From: an uncultured Desulfurococcales archaeon
GTDB taxonomy: Archaea > Thermoproteota > Thermoprotei_A > Sulfolobales > Sulfolobaceae
Assembly (NCBI GenBank): GCA_964546225.1
Contig: CAZJJB010000004.1
Span: forward strand, 1,767 to 65,766
Direction of reading: 5' to 3'
Length of the DNA stretch: 64,000 nt
The position numbers were made by a program, and so were the translations under genes. The notes under the pieces are model-generated. The model saw only the letters and a program-made list of their open reading frames with translations, was not told the origin of the DNA and made no database searches. Of this stretch, positions 14,070 to 24,161 are shown in pieces. The stretch's first letter is position 1; each line of letters begins with the position of its first letter.

Positions 14070-14992
<923 letters not shown>

Positions 14993-14996
<4 letters not shown>

Positions 14997-15742
14997 ATAT
15001 CGCGAATGGGCAATTCGTAAATTATCATTTTAACTTTTTCATTCTTAACTTTAAATAATTCTGCTAGAGCTTCTGCATTATTATACAATTTATTATTATA
15101 CTTTAATTCTGATCCAATCATGCCGTTCTCATTAAAGTATCCAGTAAAATCTAAAGAATCAGATTTAATCATTATAACTCCATAGGTTCTAGGTAATTCT
15201 CTTAATTTTATTAAGGCATCATTCAGTTCTAACATTTCGTCGTAAATCTTATGCATGATGAGGAACTTGGTCGATAAGGAAGTAAAAAATGGAATTATGT
15301 GCCCTCTTACTAAATGTTCATCAAATTTACCATAATTTTTAGAGAAAAAATCAAAGAATCCTTTTCTCTGAATAAATTCACAGCCTATGTTGAGCTTTGT
15401 TCCATTAGCCCGCTCTTGAAGTTGAAAGGTTAGTTTAATCTCTATTTTTCCGTCAGTAGTTTTGAGATTATATTCTATATAATTAGGCAAAACATTAGGT
15501 CCTATAAATTCTCCTTGATAAACAATAACTTTACCTTTTTCATCTTGTAAAACTAATCCTGATAAGAATTTATTCTCAGCCTCATTAACTTCTGATGGTG
15601 GAAAATAATCGTTTTTAGTCTTATCATAGACTTTTAATAGTGAAACGTGTCCCAAAATTCCTGAAACGTAATATGGATTAGATAATATAGAATTGATAAA
15701 TGTTTTACCGATAGGAACTGTAACTTCTTCCATATATTGCAT
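14993..15742 (-). CDS. Hypothetical protein (possible SRPBCC/START-like N-terminal domain)
   Basis: 249-aa ORF; the fold suggestion comes only from the beta/alpha pattern. Confidence 0.65.
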
Positions 15743-15871
15743 ATAATCTGTTTTTCATTTGGTAAATATAAACTTATTATTGTAAATTCAGTTTTATTTT
15801 ATTAAAATCATGAATACAGTAGAAATAAAGTGAGAAAAGGCTTAATTTTATCTTTTAGATAATTGGATTCC

Positions 15872-17086
15872 ATGAAAGCTTATGATGTAATAACTTACTT
15901 ACTCGAGCATGCCGAAAATGGATCTATAGCTGCTTTAACTACTGAAGATAAAATCCCTATCTTATTAAATAAAAATAATGAGTACTCCTTTACAGCATAC
16001 ATATGCACTCAAAACGGAGAAGTAAAGACTATTAAGAAAACCTTTGATAAAACAACTTTTCACAGAGCTGTCTTAGATTTTATAGATGAAGTCGAGGAAT
16101 ATGTAGGTAAGGAGATTAATGATGTAAAAATATCTGATGTAGCATTATTCACCAATTGCATTCCTAAAAAAGAAGAAAGAAAGCCTAGAGAAAAGAAAGA
16201 TACTCTACCAGAGTTATTGAATGAATTAAGGAAAGTTTCTGAACCTTTTTACGTAGTACCATTAATTCCTAATCAAGGAAAGCTTATAGCTTACGTTCCA
16301 GAAATAGGAGCAACAGACTATTTTGATTTTATGGTAAATAGCGTAAGTCTTGTAAATGGTAAAATACAACCAGCAAATCCAAATTTAAAATCTCTTTATT
16401 TGGTTTTGTTTACAAATAAATTAGATCCTCATAATGGAAACATTTTAACAACATTAGACGACATAACGTTCTTTACTGCAGCGTTTATAGATAATGGCGA
16501 TAAGGGGAAAGGAGAATTTAACGGGAAAAGTGTTAATAAGAGAGTAGGAAGGTTCTTTCTATCAACATATAAGGGAGGACTAAGAACTGAGGAATTAGAA
16601 TTTTTTGATCTTAGTAGCTTGAATAAGGGAAGACTTTATGCTGGCTTATTTATAAGAAAGGGCGATAAGATGCTGAGGATAGGAGGATTTAGTTTAGTTG
16701 ATTTTCATAATTCTGAAAAACTGGAAATTAATGAGTATCTTTTTGCATCGTTTTCACAATCTGCTAAGAACGGAATTTTAGATTTTGCAAATTATGATAA
16801 ACTGTTCTCAAATTTCCTTAATCTTGCAATATCTAAGAGTGATGCAAGAAGCTTATTGAAGGACGTAATAGAGATTCACTCCATGATGATAGATACTCCA
16901 TTTGCTTTGCAAAATGTTAATAATCAAATAAGCATAGTAGATCCGATATCTTTCTGGTATTATTCTACCAAGGGAGAAGATATCAAAGAATGTATAGATT
17001 GTCCACTTAAAGATAAAGTAAATTTGAGAAAAGAAATATTTAATATTATAAGAAGAAGAGGATGGTTCAATGCTTTTTTCTTGTGA
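15872..17086 (+). CDS. Hypothetical protein
   Basis: About 404-aa ORF with a C-terminal 'CIDC' CxxC; no family recognised. Confidence 0.75.
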   Translation: MKAYDVITYLLEHAENGSIAALTTEDKIPILLNKNNEYSFTAYICTQNGEVKTIKKTFDKTTFHRAVLDFIDEVEEYVGKEINDVKISDVALFTNCIPKKEERKPREKKDTLPELLNELRKVSEPFYVVPLIPNQGKLIAYVPEIGATDYFDFMVNSVSLVNGKIQPANPNLKSLYLVLFTNKLDPHNGNILTTLDDITFFTAAFIDNGDKGKGEFNGKSVNKRVGRFFLSTYKGGLRTEELEFFDLSSLNKGRLYAGLFIRKGDKMLRIGGFSLVDFHNSEKLEINEYLFASFSQSAKNGILDFANYDKLFSNFLNLAISKSDARSLLKDVIEIHSMMIDTPFALQNVNNQISIVDPISFWYYSTKGEDIKECIDCPLKDKVNLRKEIFNIIRRRGWFNAFFL

Positions 17087-17131
17087 TGATAGACTATGCT
17101 ACTGATATGTGAAGACTACGCCAGCGGCTGA
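17083..17131 (+). ncRNA. Box C/D methylation-guide sRNA (no. 1)
   Basis: Box C GTGATGA 17083-89; 12-nt guide; D' CTGA 17102-05; C' GTGAAGA 17109-15; 12-nt guide; D CTGA 17128-31. Canonical archaeal spacing; box C overlaps the upstream stop codon. Confidence 0.85.
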
Positions 17132-17164
17132 TTTAAATATCACATTAATAGAAAACAAATATGA

Positions 17165-17212
17165 ATGATGAGTTTGCCGAGTTTTGATTAATGAAATAAA
17201 ATAACAATCTGA
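17165..17212 (+). ncRNA. Box C/D methylation-guide sRNA (no. 2), D' guide complementary to 23S rRNA
   Basis: Box C ATGATGA 17165-71; guide GTTTGCCGAGTT; D' TTGA 17184-87; C'-like ATGAAA 17191-96; D CTGA 17209-12. The guide is antisense to the conserved 23S segment GAACUCGGCAAA (recalled). Confidence 0.75.
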
Positions 17213-17215
17213 TTT

Positions 17216-17800
17216 TCAATATCCGCTAAATGGCTCTACAACTATTTTACCAGGTTTTACTCCATTATCAACTGCGATTTTTGTAGCTACCTTAGTAAAT
17301 TCTGGTTCGCCACTCACATAAAACATGGCATCTTGATTTTCTTTGAATATTTTATCATTTAATTGTTCTATTTTCATTATACTGTTAAGATCGTCTTTGA
17401 ATAGAATTACACCGTCGTCATCTGGTTGGTAATATATTACAACGTTTTGAGAATTTTTAAGTAAATATAATGCCATTGATCTTACTGGAGTTATTCCAAT
17501 TCCTTTAGTAATGAATACATGCTTAGGCGAGTCTTTCAAAACAAATTCGTCTTGATAAGGACCTTCGATTTTTACCTCATCACCCTCCTTTAATACCAAA
17601 AGCTTCTGTTTGAATGGAGAATTCCTGATATTTGTAGCAATCATTAAGAAGTTTTCCCATGGTGCACTAGCTATCGAAAATGTATGCCTATCATTATCTA
17701 TAATCACATCTACTGTATTTCCTGGATTAAATTGAATTTTATAGTCAAATTTTACGACTAATTTATTCCCGATCTTGAATTTACTCAAAATTTTTGCCAT
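17216..17800 (-). CDS. Ferredoxin-NAD(P)+ reductase-like FAD/NAD(P)-binding oxidoreductase
   Basis: 'HTFSIAS', 'EGPY', 'GIGITPVRSM' and terminal 'EPFSGY'. Confidence 0.85.
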   Translation of the reverse strand: MAKILSKFKIGNKLVVKFDYKIQFNPGNTVDVIIDNDRHTFSIASAPWENFLMIATNIRNSPFKQKLLVLKEGDEVKIEGPYQDEFVLKDSPKHVFITKGIGITPVRSMALYLLKNSQNVVIYYQPDDDGVILFKDDLNSIMKIEQLNDKIFKENQDAMFYVSGEPEFTKVATKIAVDNGVKPGKIVVEPFSGY

Positions 17801-17831
17801 AGCTAATTTTCAGGGAATGAAATAAAAAAGT

Positions 17832-18149
17832 TTAGAAAATACAGGGAGAAAGTCCGAATACTTTCCTAGTAGCTGAGCATACAAGACAAAAAGTAGTTGG
17901 CTCTATTCTTTCTCCAGAATAAAGCCTACTGGCAAGAGCATCTAGCATATCGTTAATGTCTTCATTCATCATAATTTTCTTAACCTTATCATCTTTTACA
18001 TGCTTCTCATAGGATGTTATTGATAAACCTACGATTTTAGACGCTCTTCTTATTGGAACTCCCCTATCTATTAGTTTTTTTATGAGAATTGTTCTTAAAT
18101 AAGGGACAACAAGTGAATAAGCTTTTTCGCATTCGGTTTGCCATTTCAT
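17832..18149 (-). CDS. HTH transcriptional regulator with C-terminal CxxC (COG2522-like)
   Basis: 'CEKAYSLVVPYLR...IRRASKIVGLS' HTH and 'FCLVC'. Confidence 0.75.
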   Translation of the reverse strand: MKWQTECEKAYSLVVPYLRTILIKKLIDRGVPIRRASKIVGLSITSYEKHVKDDKVKKIMMNEDINDMLDALASRLYSGERIEPTTFCLVCSATRKVFGLSPCIF

Positions 18150-18207
18150 AATTGAATGTTATCATCTAGGAATAAATATTAAATGTAATATAAGACAAGG
18201 AAAAATC

Positions 18208-18270
18208 AATTAACAGAGTTAATTATTACTTTTTCAAACAGTTCATTATAGCGTTCTAATTAACAGAGTT
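18208..18270. promoter_or_regulatory. Paired operator-like sites AATTAACAGAGTT (direct repeat, 50-bp period)
   Basis: Identical 13-mers at 18208-20 and 18258-70. The first extends to the inverted repeat AATTAAC-aga-GTTAATT. Confidence 0.55.
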
Positions 18271-18303
18271 TACGTCAGGATATCTAAATTGTATATATTT
18301 ATA

Positions 18304-18335
18304 TAAATATATGTACATTAATGTACATATATTTA
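18304..18335. repeat. Perfect 32-bp palindrome TAAATATATGTACATTAATGTACATATATTTA
   Basis: Checked base by base around the centre 18319/18320. It overlaps a second 20-bp palindrome at 18293-18312. Confidence 0.95.
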
Positions 18336-18415
18336 CCTAAACGTGTATTTTTGCTTATTTTAATAAACATACTTTTTTTAAATTTAGAATACAGTATAAT
18401 AAGATTAGAGGAAAA

Positions 18416-18799
18416 ATGGCAGAAAGAGTAAAATTCCCTGACGGAAGAGAAGTCGATATCCACGAAGTAATGGCATTCCTATATGGCCTATCTAAGAGTG
18501 ACGTAGAAGTCTTGCATGTAATAATGTCTAAAAGAGGAAAAATCTCGACAGACGAGTTAGCTGAAACATTAAAAGTCACTAAAGCATCAATTAGTAAATC
18601 TATAAATAACTTGATATATAAAGGTTTAATAATGAGGGATAAAATTGAAGAAGATAAAAAGAAAGGAAGGCCAGGCTACGTATATTGGGTAGACGATGAA
18701 TACTTATATAAGAAAATTGCGGAAGATCTAGAGGCATTAGTTGGTAAAGTTAAAGAAAATCTAAAAGAACATTTGCCAGTAATTGCTGAAGCACAATAA
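18416..18799 (+). CDS. Lrs14-like (TrmB/MarR-type wHTH) transcription regulator
   Basis: 'FLYGLSKSDVEVL', 'ISKSINNLIYKGLI' and 'KGRPGYVY' match the Sulfolobales Lrs14 family. Confidence 0.85.
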   Translation: MAERVKFPDGREVDIHEVMAFLYGLSKSDVEVLHVIMSKRGKISTDELAETLKVTKASISKSINNLIYKGLIMRDKIEEDKKKGRPGYVYWVDDEYLYKKIAEDLEALVGKVKENLKEHLPVIAEAQ

Positions 18800-18896
18800 G
18801 TTTTTAATTAAATAAAATATTTTGTTAAGTTACAAATTTTATTATTTGTGCTTCTTATCAAAAGCTTTAATAGGGATTTAAGATACTTCTACTTGA

Positions 18897-19184
18897 ATGA
18901 TTTCAACAACTGATATACTGTCATTGGTTATAGCTTTTGTTCTTGGATTATTAATAGGAATTCTAATAAAGAAGATTTTCCAAATAGGTATAATAATACT
19001 TGCAATAATAATAATACTTATTGCAATAGGTGCAATATCTCCTAGTACAGTAGAGCATGGATTAATAGCATTAGGTCAAGAAGCGTCAAAAGCAGAAAGT
19101 GAAGCTTCTGCGTATATTAAGCTACTTCCTTATAACTCTATAGCATTTATTATAGGCTTAGTAATAGGTTTAATAAAAGGATAA
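18897..19184 (+). CDS. Small membrane protein, FUN14-family-like
   Basis: 'GLLIGILIKK' N-terminus and 'FIIGLVIGLIKG' C-terminus resemble the prokaryotic FUN14 pattern. Confidence 0.6.
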   Translation: MISTTDILSLVIAFVLGLLIGILIKKIFQIGIIILAIIIILIAIGAISPSTVEHGLIALGQEASKAESEASAYIKLLPYNSIAFIIGLVIGLIKG

Positions 19185-19188
19185 AAAA

Positions 19189-19650
19189 TTATTGAACTGA
19201 ACCGAGTAAGTCAGATAATTTTTTCTTTACATCATTTATTTCATTTTTTAACTTTTCATTTTCTTGAATTATAGACTCGTATTGCTTCTTGCACTCATCT
19301 TCAGTATAATATCTTATAATTTTTGTGTCTTCGAAAATTAGTTTATTCTGAGATTTATCATACCTAACCGATACAACTAACTTTATTACATCTAATTTAT
19401 CAATTTTCATTTGATTTACTATTTTATCATATAAATTCTTATTAAATTCGGATACATCTCTTATTATAATTTCTCTAGGGACAATCTTACTTAACGATAC
19501 TAGGGCCACTCTCCTTAGTTTATCAGCGTATCTTGCAGCAATTATTAACCCGGTAGATAATTCAAATTTATTTTCGCCTAAGATAGAAGTTCTAGGTGTT
19601 GTTTCTACATATTCTTCAGCTCTTTCAATATCTCTTTGGGCTTCTGACAT
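19189..19650 (-). CDS. DUF2258 / ThermoDBP-related nucleic-acid-binding protein
   Basis: 'LSTGLIIAARYADKLRRVAL' signature and C-terminal coiled coil. Confidence 0.85.
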   Translation of the reverse strand: MSEAQRDIERAEEYVETTPRTSILGENKFELSTGLIIAARYADKLRRVALVSLSKIVPREIIIRDVSEFNKNLYDKIVNQMKIDKLDVIKLVVSVRYDKSQNKLIFEDTKIIRYYTEDECKKQYESIIQENEKLKNEINDVKKKLSDLLGSVQ

Positions 19651-19686
19651 ATGTAATTCTTTGGCAAACCACTATTTAATTTTTCT

Positions 19687-20322
19687 CTAAGTAGATGCCG
19701 ATGAAAAATCTGATTTAATTTGAGAATTAATTATATCGTATATTCTGTTTAAAGTCCATAAAGTTAGGGGACTTTTCATATTTCTCATAAAAACTATATT
19801 ATCGAATTCTTTACAGAAATTCAAATTAAGCTTGCTACAAGTGTCCTTGATTTCAGCATTAGAAATAGGTATCTTGTTTAAAGAATGGCAAGAAATATAC
19901 TGAATAAGACTTCTTAATGCTCTATAAGCATTTTCTAATGTACTCACTTCATCATTCCTTTTAAAAGCTTCATAACTCAATTTAATGAAAGATAAAGAAG
20001 ACATTTTTAGTCTTTCACAAGTGCTTTCAGTTATTGAAAATTTAACCTCCGGAAGTTCGCCACAAATAAGCTTAGAGTCATAGAGTATATAGTAACAAAT
20101 AATATCCCCATTCTTACAAATTTCTTTAAATTTTTCCTCCGAAACTACTATGGGTGAAACTCCGTTATAGCTAGCAAGCTCCAGTAGTAGTGATTTATCG
20201 TCAGTAATTGCAAATATATTTATATCAGAAATATTTTCTATATAATCTTCTCGTCTAACATAAGATCCAAAATATCCTAAAGCTTTACACTTCTTACACA
20301 GTGAAACTAAGTTAGCTTCCAT
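19687..20322 (-). CDS. Minimal nucleotidyltransferase-like domain fused to a HEPN-like helical domain
   Basis: 'YFGSYVR...SDINIF' NTase-like N-terminus; helical C-terminus 'ENAYRALRS'. Confidence 0.65.
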   Translation of the reverse strand: MEANLVSLCKKCKALGYFGSYVRREDYIENISDINIFAITDDKSLLLELASYNGVSPIVVSEEKFKEICKNGDIICYYILYDSKLICGELPEVKFSITESTCERLKMSSLSFIKLSYEAFKRNDEVSTLENAYRALRSLIQYISCHSLNKIPISNAEIKDTCSKLNLNFCKEFDNIVFMRNMKSPLTLWTLNRIYDIINSQIKSDFSSAST

Positions 20323-20358
20323 GCTAAACCTTAATATTTTATGAAGTATTAAACTCTC

Positions 20359-22797
20359 GTGGACCTAAAAAATCTTCCTTATTCATTAAGAATTTTGGCA
20401 ATAAATGTTTCTAAGCACATGGATGGAGAAAAAATAACTCAAGAAGATTTAGACTCAATAATAAACTGGAAAGTTGGAAAAGAAATTTCCTTCATGCCAA
20501 CTAGGGTTATAATGCAAGATTACACTGGCATTCCATTATTAGTCGACTTAGCTGAAATGAGGTCAGAATTATATAGAAGAGGATTAAATCCAGAAAAAGT
20601 AAATCCAGTAATCCAAAGCGACTTAGTTATAGATCATTCAATTCAAGTAGATTATTACGGCACATCTTACGCTCTAGCTCTAAATATGAAGAAGGAATTT
20701 GAAAGAAATGAAGAAAGATATAAATTCCTAAAATGGGCTCAACAATCTTTTAATAATCTCAGAATCGTTCCGCCAGGTAAAGGAATAATACATCAAATAA
20801 ACCTTGAGTACTTAAGCAAAGTAATTAACGATAATAATGAACCTGAAATTGTAATAGGAACAGATTCTCATACTACAATGATAGGCGGTTTAGGTATCTT
20901 AGGTTGGGGAGTTGGAGGATTAGAAGCGGAGGCAGTAATGCTTGGAGAACCTTATCATGCTGTAGTTCCAGAAGTTATAGGAGTAAGACTTGAAGGTGAA
21001 ATAAAAGAAGGAGTAACGCCTACTGATATTGTTTTATATATTACAGAATTGTTGAGGAAAAAAGGAGTTGTAGGGAAATACGTAGAATTCTTCGGAAATT
21101 CCTTATCAAAACTTTCAGTTCAGGACAGAGCTACCATATCAAACATGGCACCAGAATATGGAGCTACAGTAGGATATTTTCCAATAGATGAGCAGACTAT
21201 AAAATACCTCAATTTAACTGGACGCGACGGAGATAGAGTAAAGAAAATTGCTACAGAGTTAGGAATTTTATTCAATGATAAAGAAAATGTTAAATATTCA
21301 GATATTATAGAAGTGAATTTGAATGAAATAGAGCCCTCAATATCTGGACCTAGAAATCCAGATGAGAGAATACGATTCGGTTCACTAAAAATTGAAAGGA
21401 AGAAGAGAGGCAAAATTATACAAGATGGCGATGTAGTAATTGCAGCAATAACTAGTTGCACAAACACTTCAAATCCTACAGTAATGTTAGGTGCAGGAAT
21501 ACTAGCAAAAAAAGCCATAGAGCTAGGATTAAGGAGTAAACCTTATGTGAAAACTAGCTTAGCTCCTGGCTCACCAGTAGTAGTGAAATACTTAAAAGAC
21601 ACAGGATTATTGCCATATTTAGAAGCTCTTGGATTTCATGTAGTGGGCTTCGGTTGTACAACGTGTATAGGTAATGCAGGACCTCTAATTAAGGAAGTAG
21701 AGGAAGATATAAGGAATTATGGCATCAATGCGTATGCGGTAATAAGTGGAAACAGGAATTTTGAAGGAAGAATAAATCCATTGCTCAAAGGAACTTTCTT
21801 GGCTTCACCTATTATGGTAGTAGCGTTCGCTATAGCAGGCAGAATTGATATAAATTATGAGGAACCTATAGCTTTTGATCCTAACGGTAAACCAGTGTAT
21901 TTAAAAGATATATGGCCTACTCTAGACGAAATAAATTCATTCATGAATTTAGCAATGAATCCGGAATATTACTTATCTCAATACTCCACAATTTTTAAGG
22001 GAGATCAGAACTGGGAAAATTTGAAAGTAACCCCTTCTCCAGTATATGACTGGCCTAAATCTACATATATTGTTGAACCTCCTTGGTTTAAAGAAGATAA
22101 ACACGAATTGGAAATTAAAAATGCTAGAATACTCTTACTTTTAGGAGATAAGATAACTACTGACCACATATCTCCCGCAGGACCTATATCCCCAGATAGC
22201 GAAGCAGGAAAATATCTTTTATCGCTAGGAGTAAAGGAATTGAATACATTCGGAGCCAGAAGAGGTAATCATGAAATTATGATTAGGGGTGGATTTTCCA
22301 ATCCAAAACTTAAGAACTACTTATCAGATAAAGAAGGAGGATATACTGTACATTTTCCTGACAGAAAATATGGTACTGTATATGAAATTGCAATGCAGTA
22401 CAAGAAGGAAGGAATTCCTCTTGTAATAGTTGCAGGAAAACAATATGGAAGCGGTAGTTCTAGGGATTGGGCTGCTAAGGTTACTGCATTACTTGGTATT
22501 AAAGCTGTATTAGCAGAAAGTTTTGAAAGAATACATAGGAGTAATCTAGTAGCTATGGGCGTTTTGCCTATAGAAATTGAAGATTGGAGAAAACTGGGAA
22601 TAAAAGGAAACGAACTAGTATCTATAGAAATTAATGAGCTTAAGCCTGAGGGAAAAGTTAAGGTAATATTTGAAGGAGATGAGAAGATAGAGACCTTAGG
22701 AACATTAAAAGTAAATACAAAAAGCGAAATTGAATACTTGAAATTCGGAGGAATACTGAAATATATCCTAGAAAAGTTGATAAAAAATGAAAGTTAG
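20359..22797 (+). CDS. acnA: Aconitate hydratase A
   Basis: DHS, DSHT, TSCTN, GCTTCIGN, TTDHISPAG and GSSRDWAAK motifs. Confidence 0.97.
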   Translation: MDLKNLPYSLRILAINVSKHMDGEKITQEDLDSIINWKVGKEISFMPTRVIMQDYTGIPLLVDLAEMRSELYRRGLNPEKVNPVIQSDLVIDHSIQVDYYGTSYALALNMKKEFERNEERYKFLKWAQQSFNNLRIVPPGKGIIHQINLEYLSKVINDNNEPEIVIGTDSHTTMIGGLGILGWGVGGLEAEAVMLGEPYHAVVPEVIGVRLEGEIKEGVTPTDIVLYITELLRKKGVVGKYVEFFGNSLSKLSVQDRATISNMAPEYGATVGYFPIDEQTIKYLNLTGRDGDRVKKIATELGILFNDKENVKYSDIIEVNLNEIEPSISGPRNPDERIRFGSLKIERKKRGKIIQDGDVVIAAITSCTNTSNPTVMLGAGILAKKAIELGLRSKPYVKTSLAPGSPVVVKYLKDTGLLPYLEALGFHVVGFGCTTCIGNAGPLIKEVEEDIRNYGINAYAVISGNRNFEGRINPLLKGTFLASPIMVVAFAIAGRIDINYEEPIAFDPNGKPVYLKDIWPTLDEINSFMNLAMNPEYYLSQYSTIFKGDQNWENLKVTPSPVYDWPKSTYIVEPPWFKEDKHELEIKNARILLLLGDKITTDHISPAGPISPDSEAGKYLLSLGVKELNTFGARRGNHEIMIRGGFSNPKLKNYLSDKEGGYTVHFPDRKYGTVYEIAMQYKKEGIPLVIVAGKQYGSGSSRDWAAKVTALLGIKAVLAESFERIHRSNLVAMGVLPIEIEDWRKLGIKGNELVSIEINELKPEGKVKVIFEGDEKIETLGTLKVNTKSEIEYLKFGGILKYILEKLIKNES

Positions 22798-24016
22798 AAT
22801 AAGAGGAATATACGCTACTGCTTTAACATACTTATTATCTAAGAACTTTGAGATTGTACAACAGAGTCCGCAAATTGCCGAACGATTTATGCAAGAAATT
22901 AAAAGAGAATCTGCAGATATTACGTTTAAGGATAGTGAGGATAAGGGATCGTTAATAGTAATAGGGAATATATCTGAACATGAATTGAAAGATATTTTCC
23001 CGTATTCTGTAATTTGGAAATCTCCAGTTAATCTTTATTCTTTTATTGAAACACAAAACTGTAAGTATCAAAATTACGATGTGGAACCTTGTTTACAGAA
23101 GGGTATTGTAGTTAGACCTCCTACTGATGGTAAGATAATAATTACTACACCTAAGGCTGTAAGCAAATTTGCTATGCTATGGAGAGGAGAAGGAAAAACG
23201 TTTTTCTCTGAATACTTAAATCCAGAAGATAAGAGGAGATTATTAAGCATAAGCATAAAATATAATAGAAAAGGATATAATATAAAATGGAGAAGTAATT
23301 CTCAATTTGAGAACAATAGCACTTTAGAAAAGGATTTAGAAAATTTAATGTTTAAATATGAAAACGAAGATTTTTCTAATCAGGGTTGTAGTTTCTTTCT
23401 CGTAATTCTATCTCTAGAAGATAAGTTAAACTTGGATAAAATAAGAAATAATGTCGTACCCACTATTAATTTCCATCATATGCTAAAAATGTCAAGACAA
23501 AAAGAAGTAGACATTGCAGAAAATAACAATGGTAATGCAAGAAAAATTTTAGAATCACTAATTAAGGACACTATGGAAATAGAACATATAAAAATTAATG
23601 GAAAGAGAATATTTCTTAAACCAGGTAAAGTAATTAAGAAAAACGTTTCAGACGATGGGTATTACTTGTTACTTAAAAGAGAAATATCTGGAAACGGATA
23701 CTATGATGGCTTAGGAATTAAAAAGGAGGATGGAGATTACGACATTATGGAGATAGACTCACATAAGTGGCATGAAGTTCATAATTATTATAGAAAAGAT
23801 GGAATGTTAAAAGGAAAGTATATAAATATATCAACTCAGCCTGAACTTTTAGACGGAAGAATCAGATACATTGATCTTGATGTAGATGTAATAATAAAAG
23901 ATGAGGAAAAATTTGTAATAGATGAGGAAAAATTAGAAGAAAATAAAAAATACATATCTTGTAATATGCTAAGTAGAATAAGGAAGGAAATAGATTATGT
24001 TATGACTCTTTATTAG
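22787..24016 (+). CDS. Ribonuclease FAU-1 / DUF402-domain RNA-binding protein
   Basis: 'MKVRIRGIYATALT' N-terminus; C-terminal DUF402 'YINISTQPE...YIDLDVDV'. Confidence 0.85.
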   Translation: MKVRIRGIYATALTYLLSKNFEIVQQSPQIAERFMQEIKRESADITFKDSEDKGSLIVIGNISEHELKDIFPYSVIWKSPVNLYSFIETQNCKYQNYDVEPCLQKGIVVRPPTDGKIIITTPKAVSKFAMLWRGEGKTFFSEYLNPEDKRRLLSISIKYNRKGYNIKWRSNSQFENNSTLEKDLENLMFKYENEDFSNQGCSFFLVILSLEDKLNLDKIRNNVVPTINFHHMLKMSRQKEVDIAENNNGNARKILESLIKDTMEIEHIKINGKRIFLKPGKVIKKNVSDDGYYLLLKREISGNGYYDGLGIKKEDGDYDIMEIDSHKWHEVHNYYRKDGMLKGKYINISTQPELLDGRIRYIDLDVDVIIKDEEKFVIDEEKLEENKKYISCNMLSRIRKEIDYVMTLY

Positions 24017-24161
24017 CTGGTACTATTTTCACTGCATTCTCCTTCTCATCAAAAACAACTTTTACCAAATCTCCTTCCTTTACTTGGAATTTTTGTCTAA
24101 TTCTTGCAGGAATGGTTACTTGATAATTTCTGCTAACTTTTACTATATCTTCTGTTGCCAA
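24000..24161 (-). CDS. AbrB/MazE/SpoVT family DNA-binding protein (Sso7c-like)
   Basis: 'IVKVSRNYQVTIPARIRQKFQVKEGDLV'; TTG at 24161 is the likely start. Confidence 0.9.
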   Translation of the reverse strand: MATEDIVKVSRNYQVTIPARIRQKFQVKEGDLVKVVFDEKENAVKIVPANKES

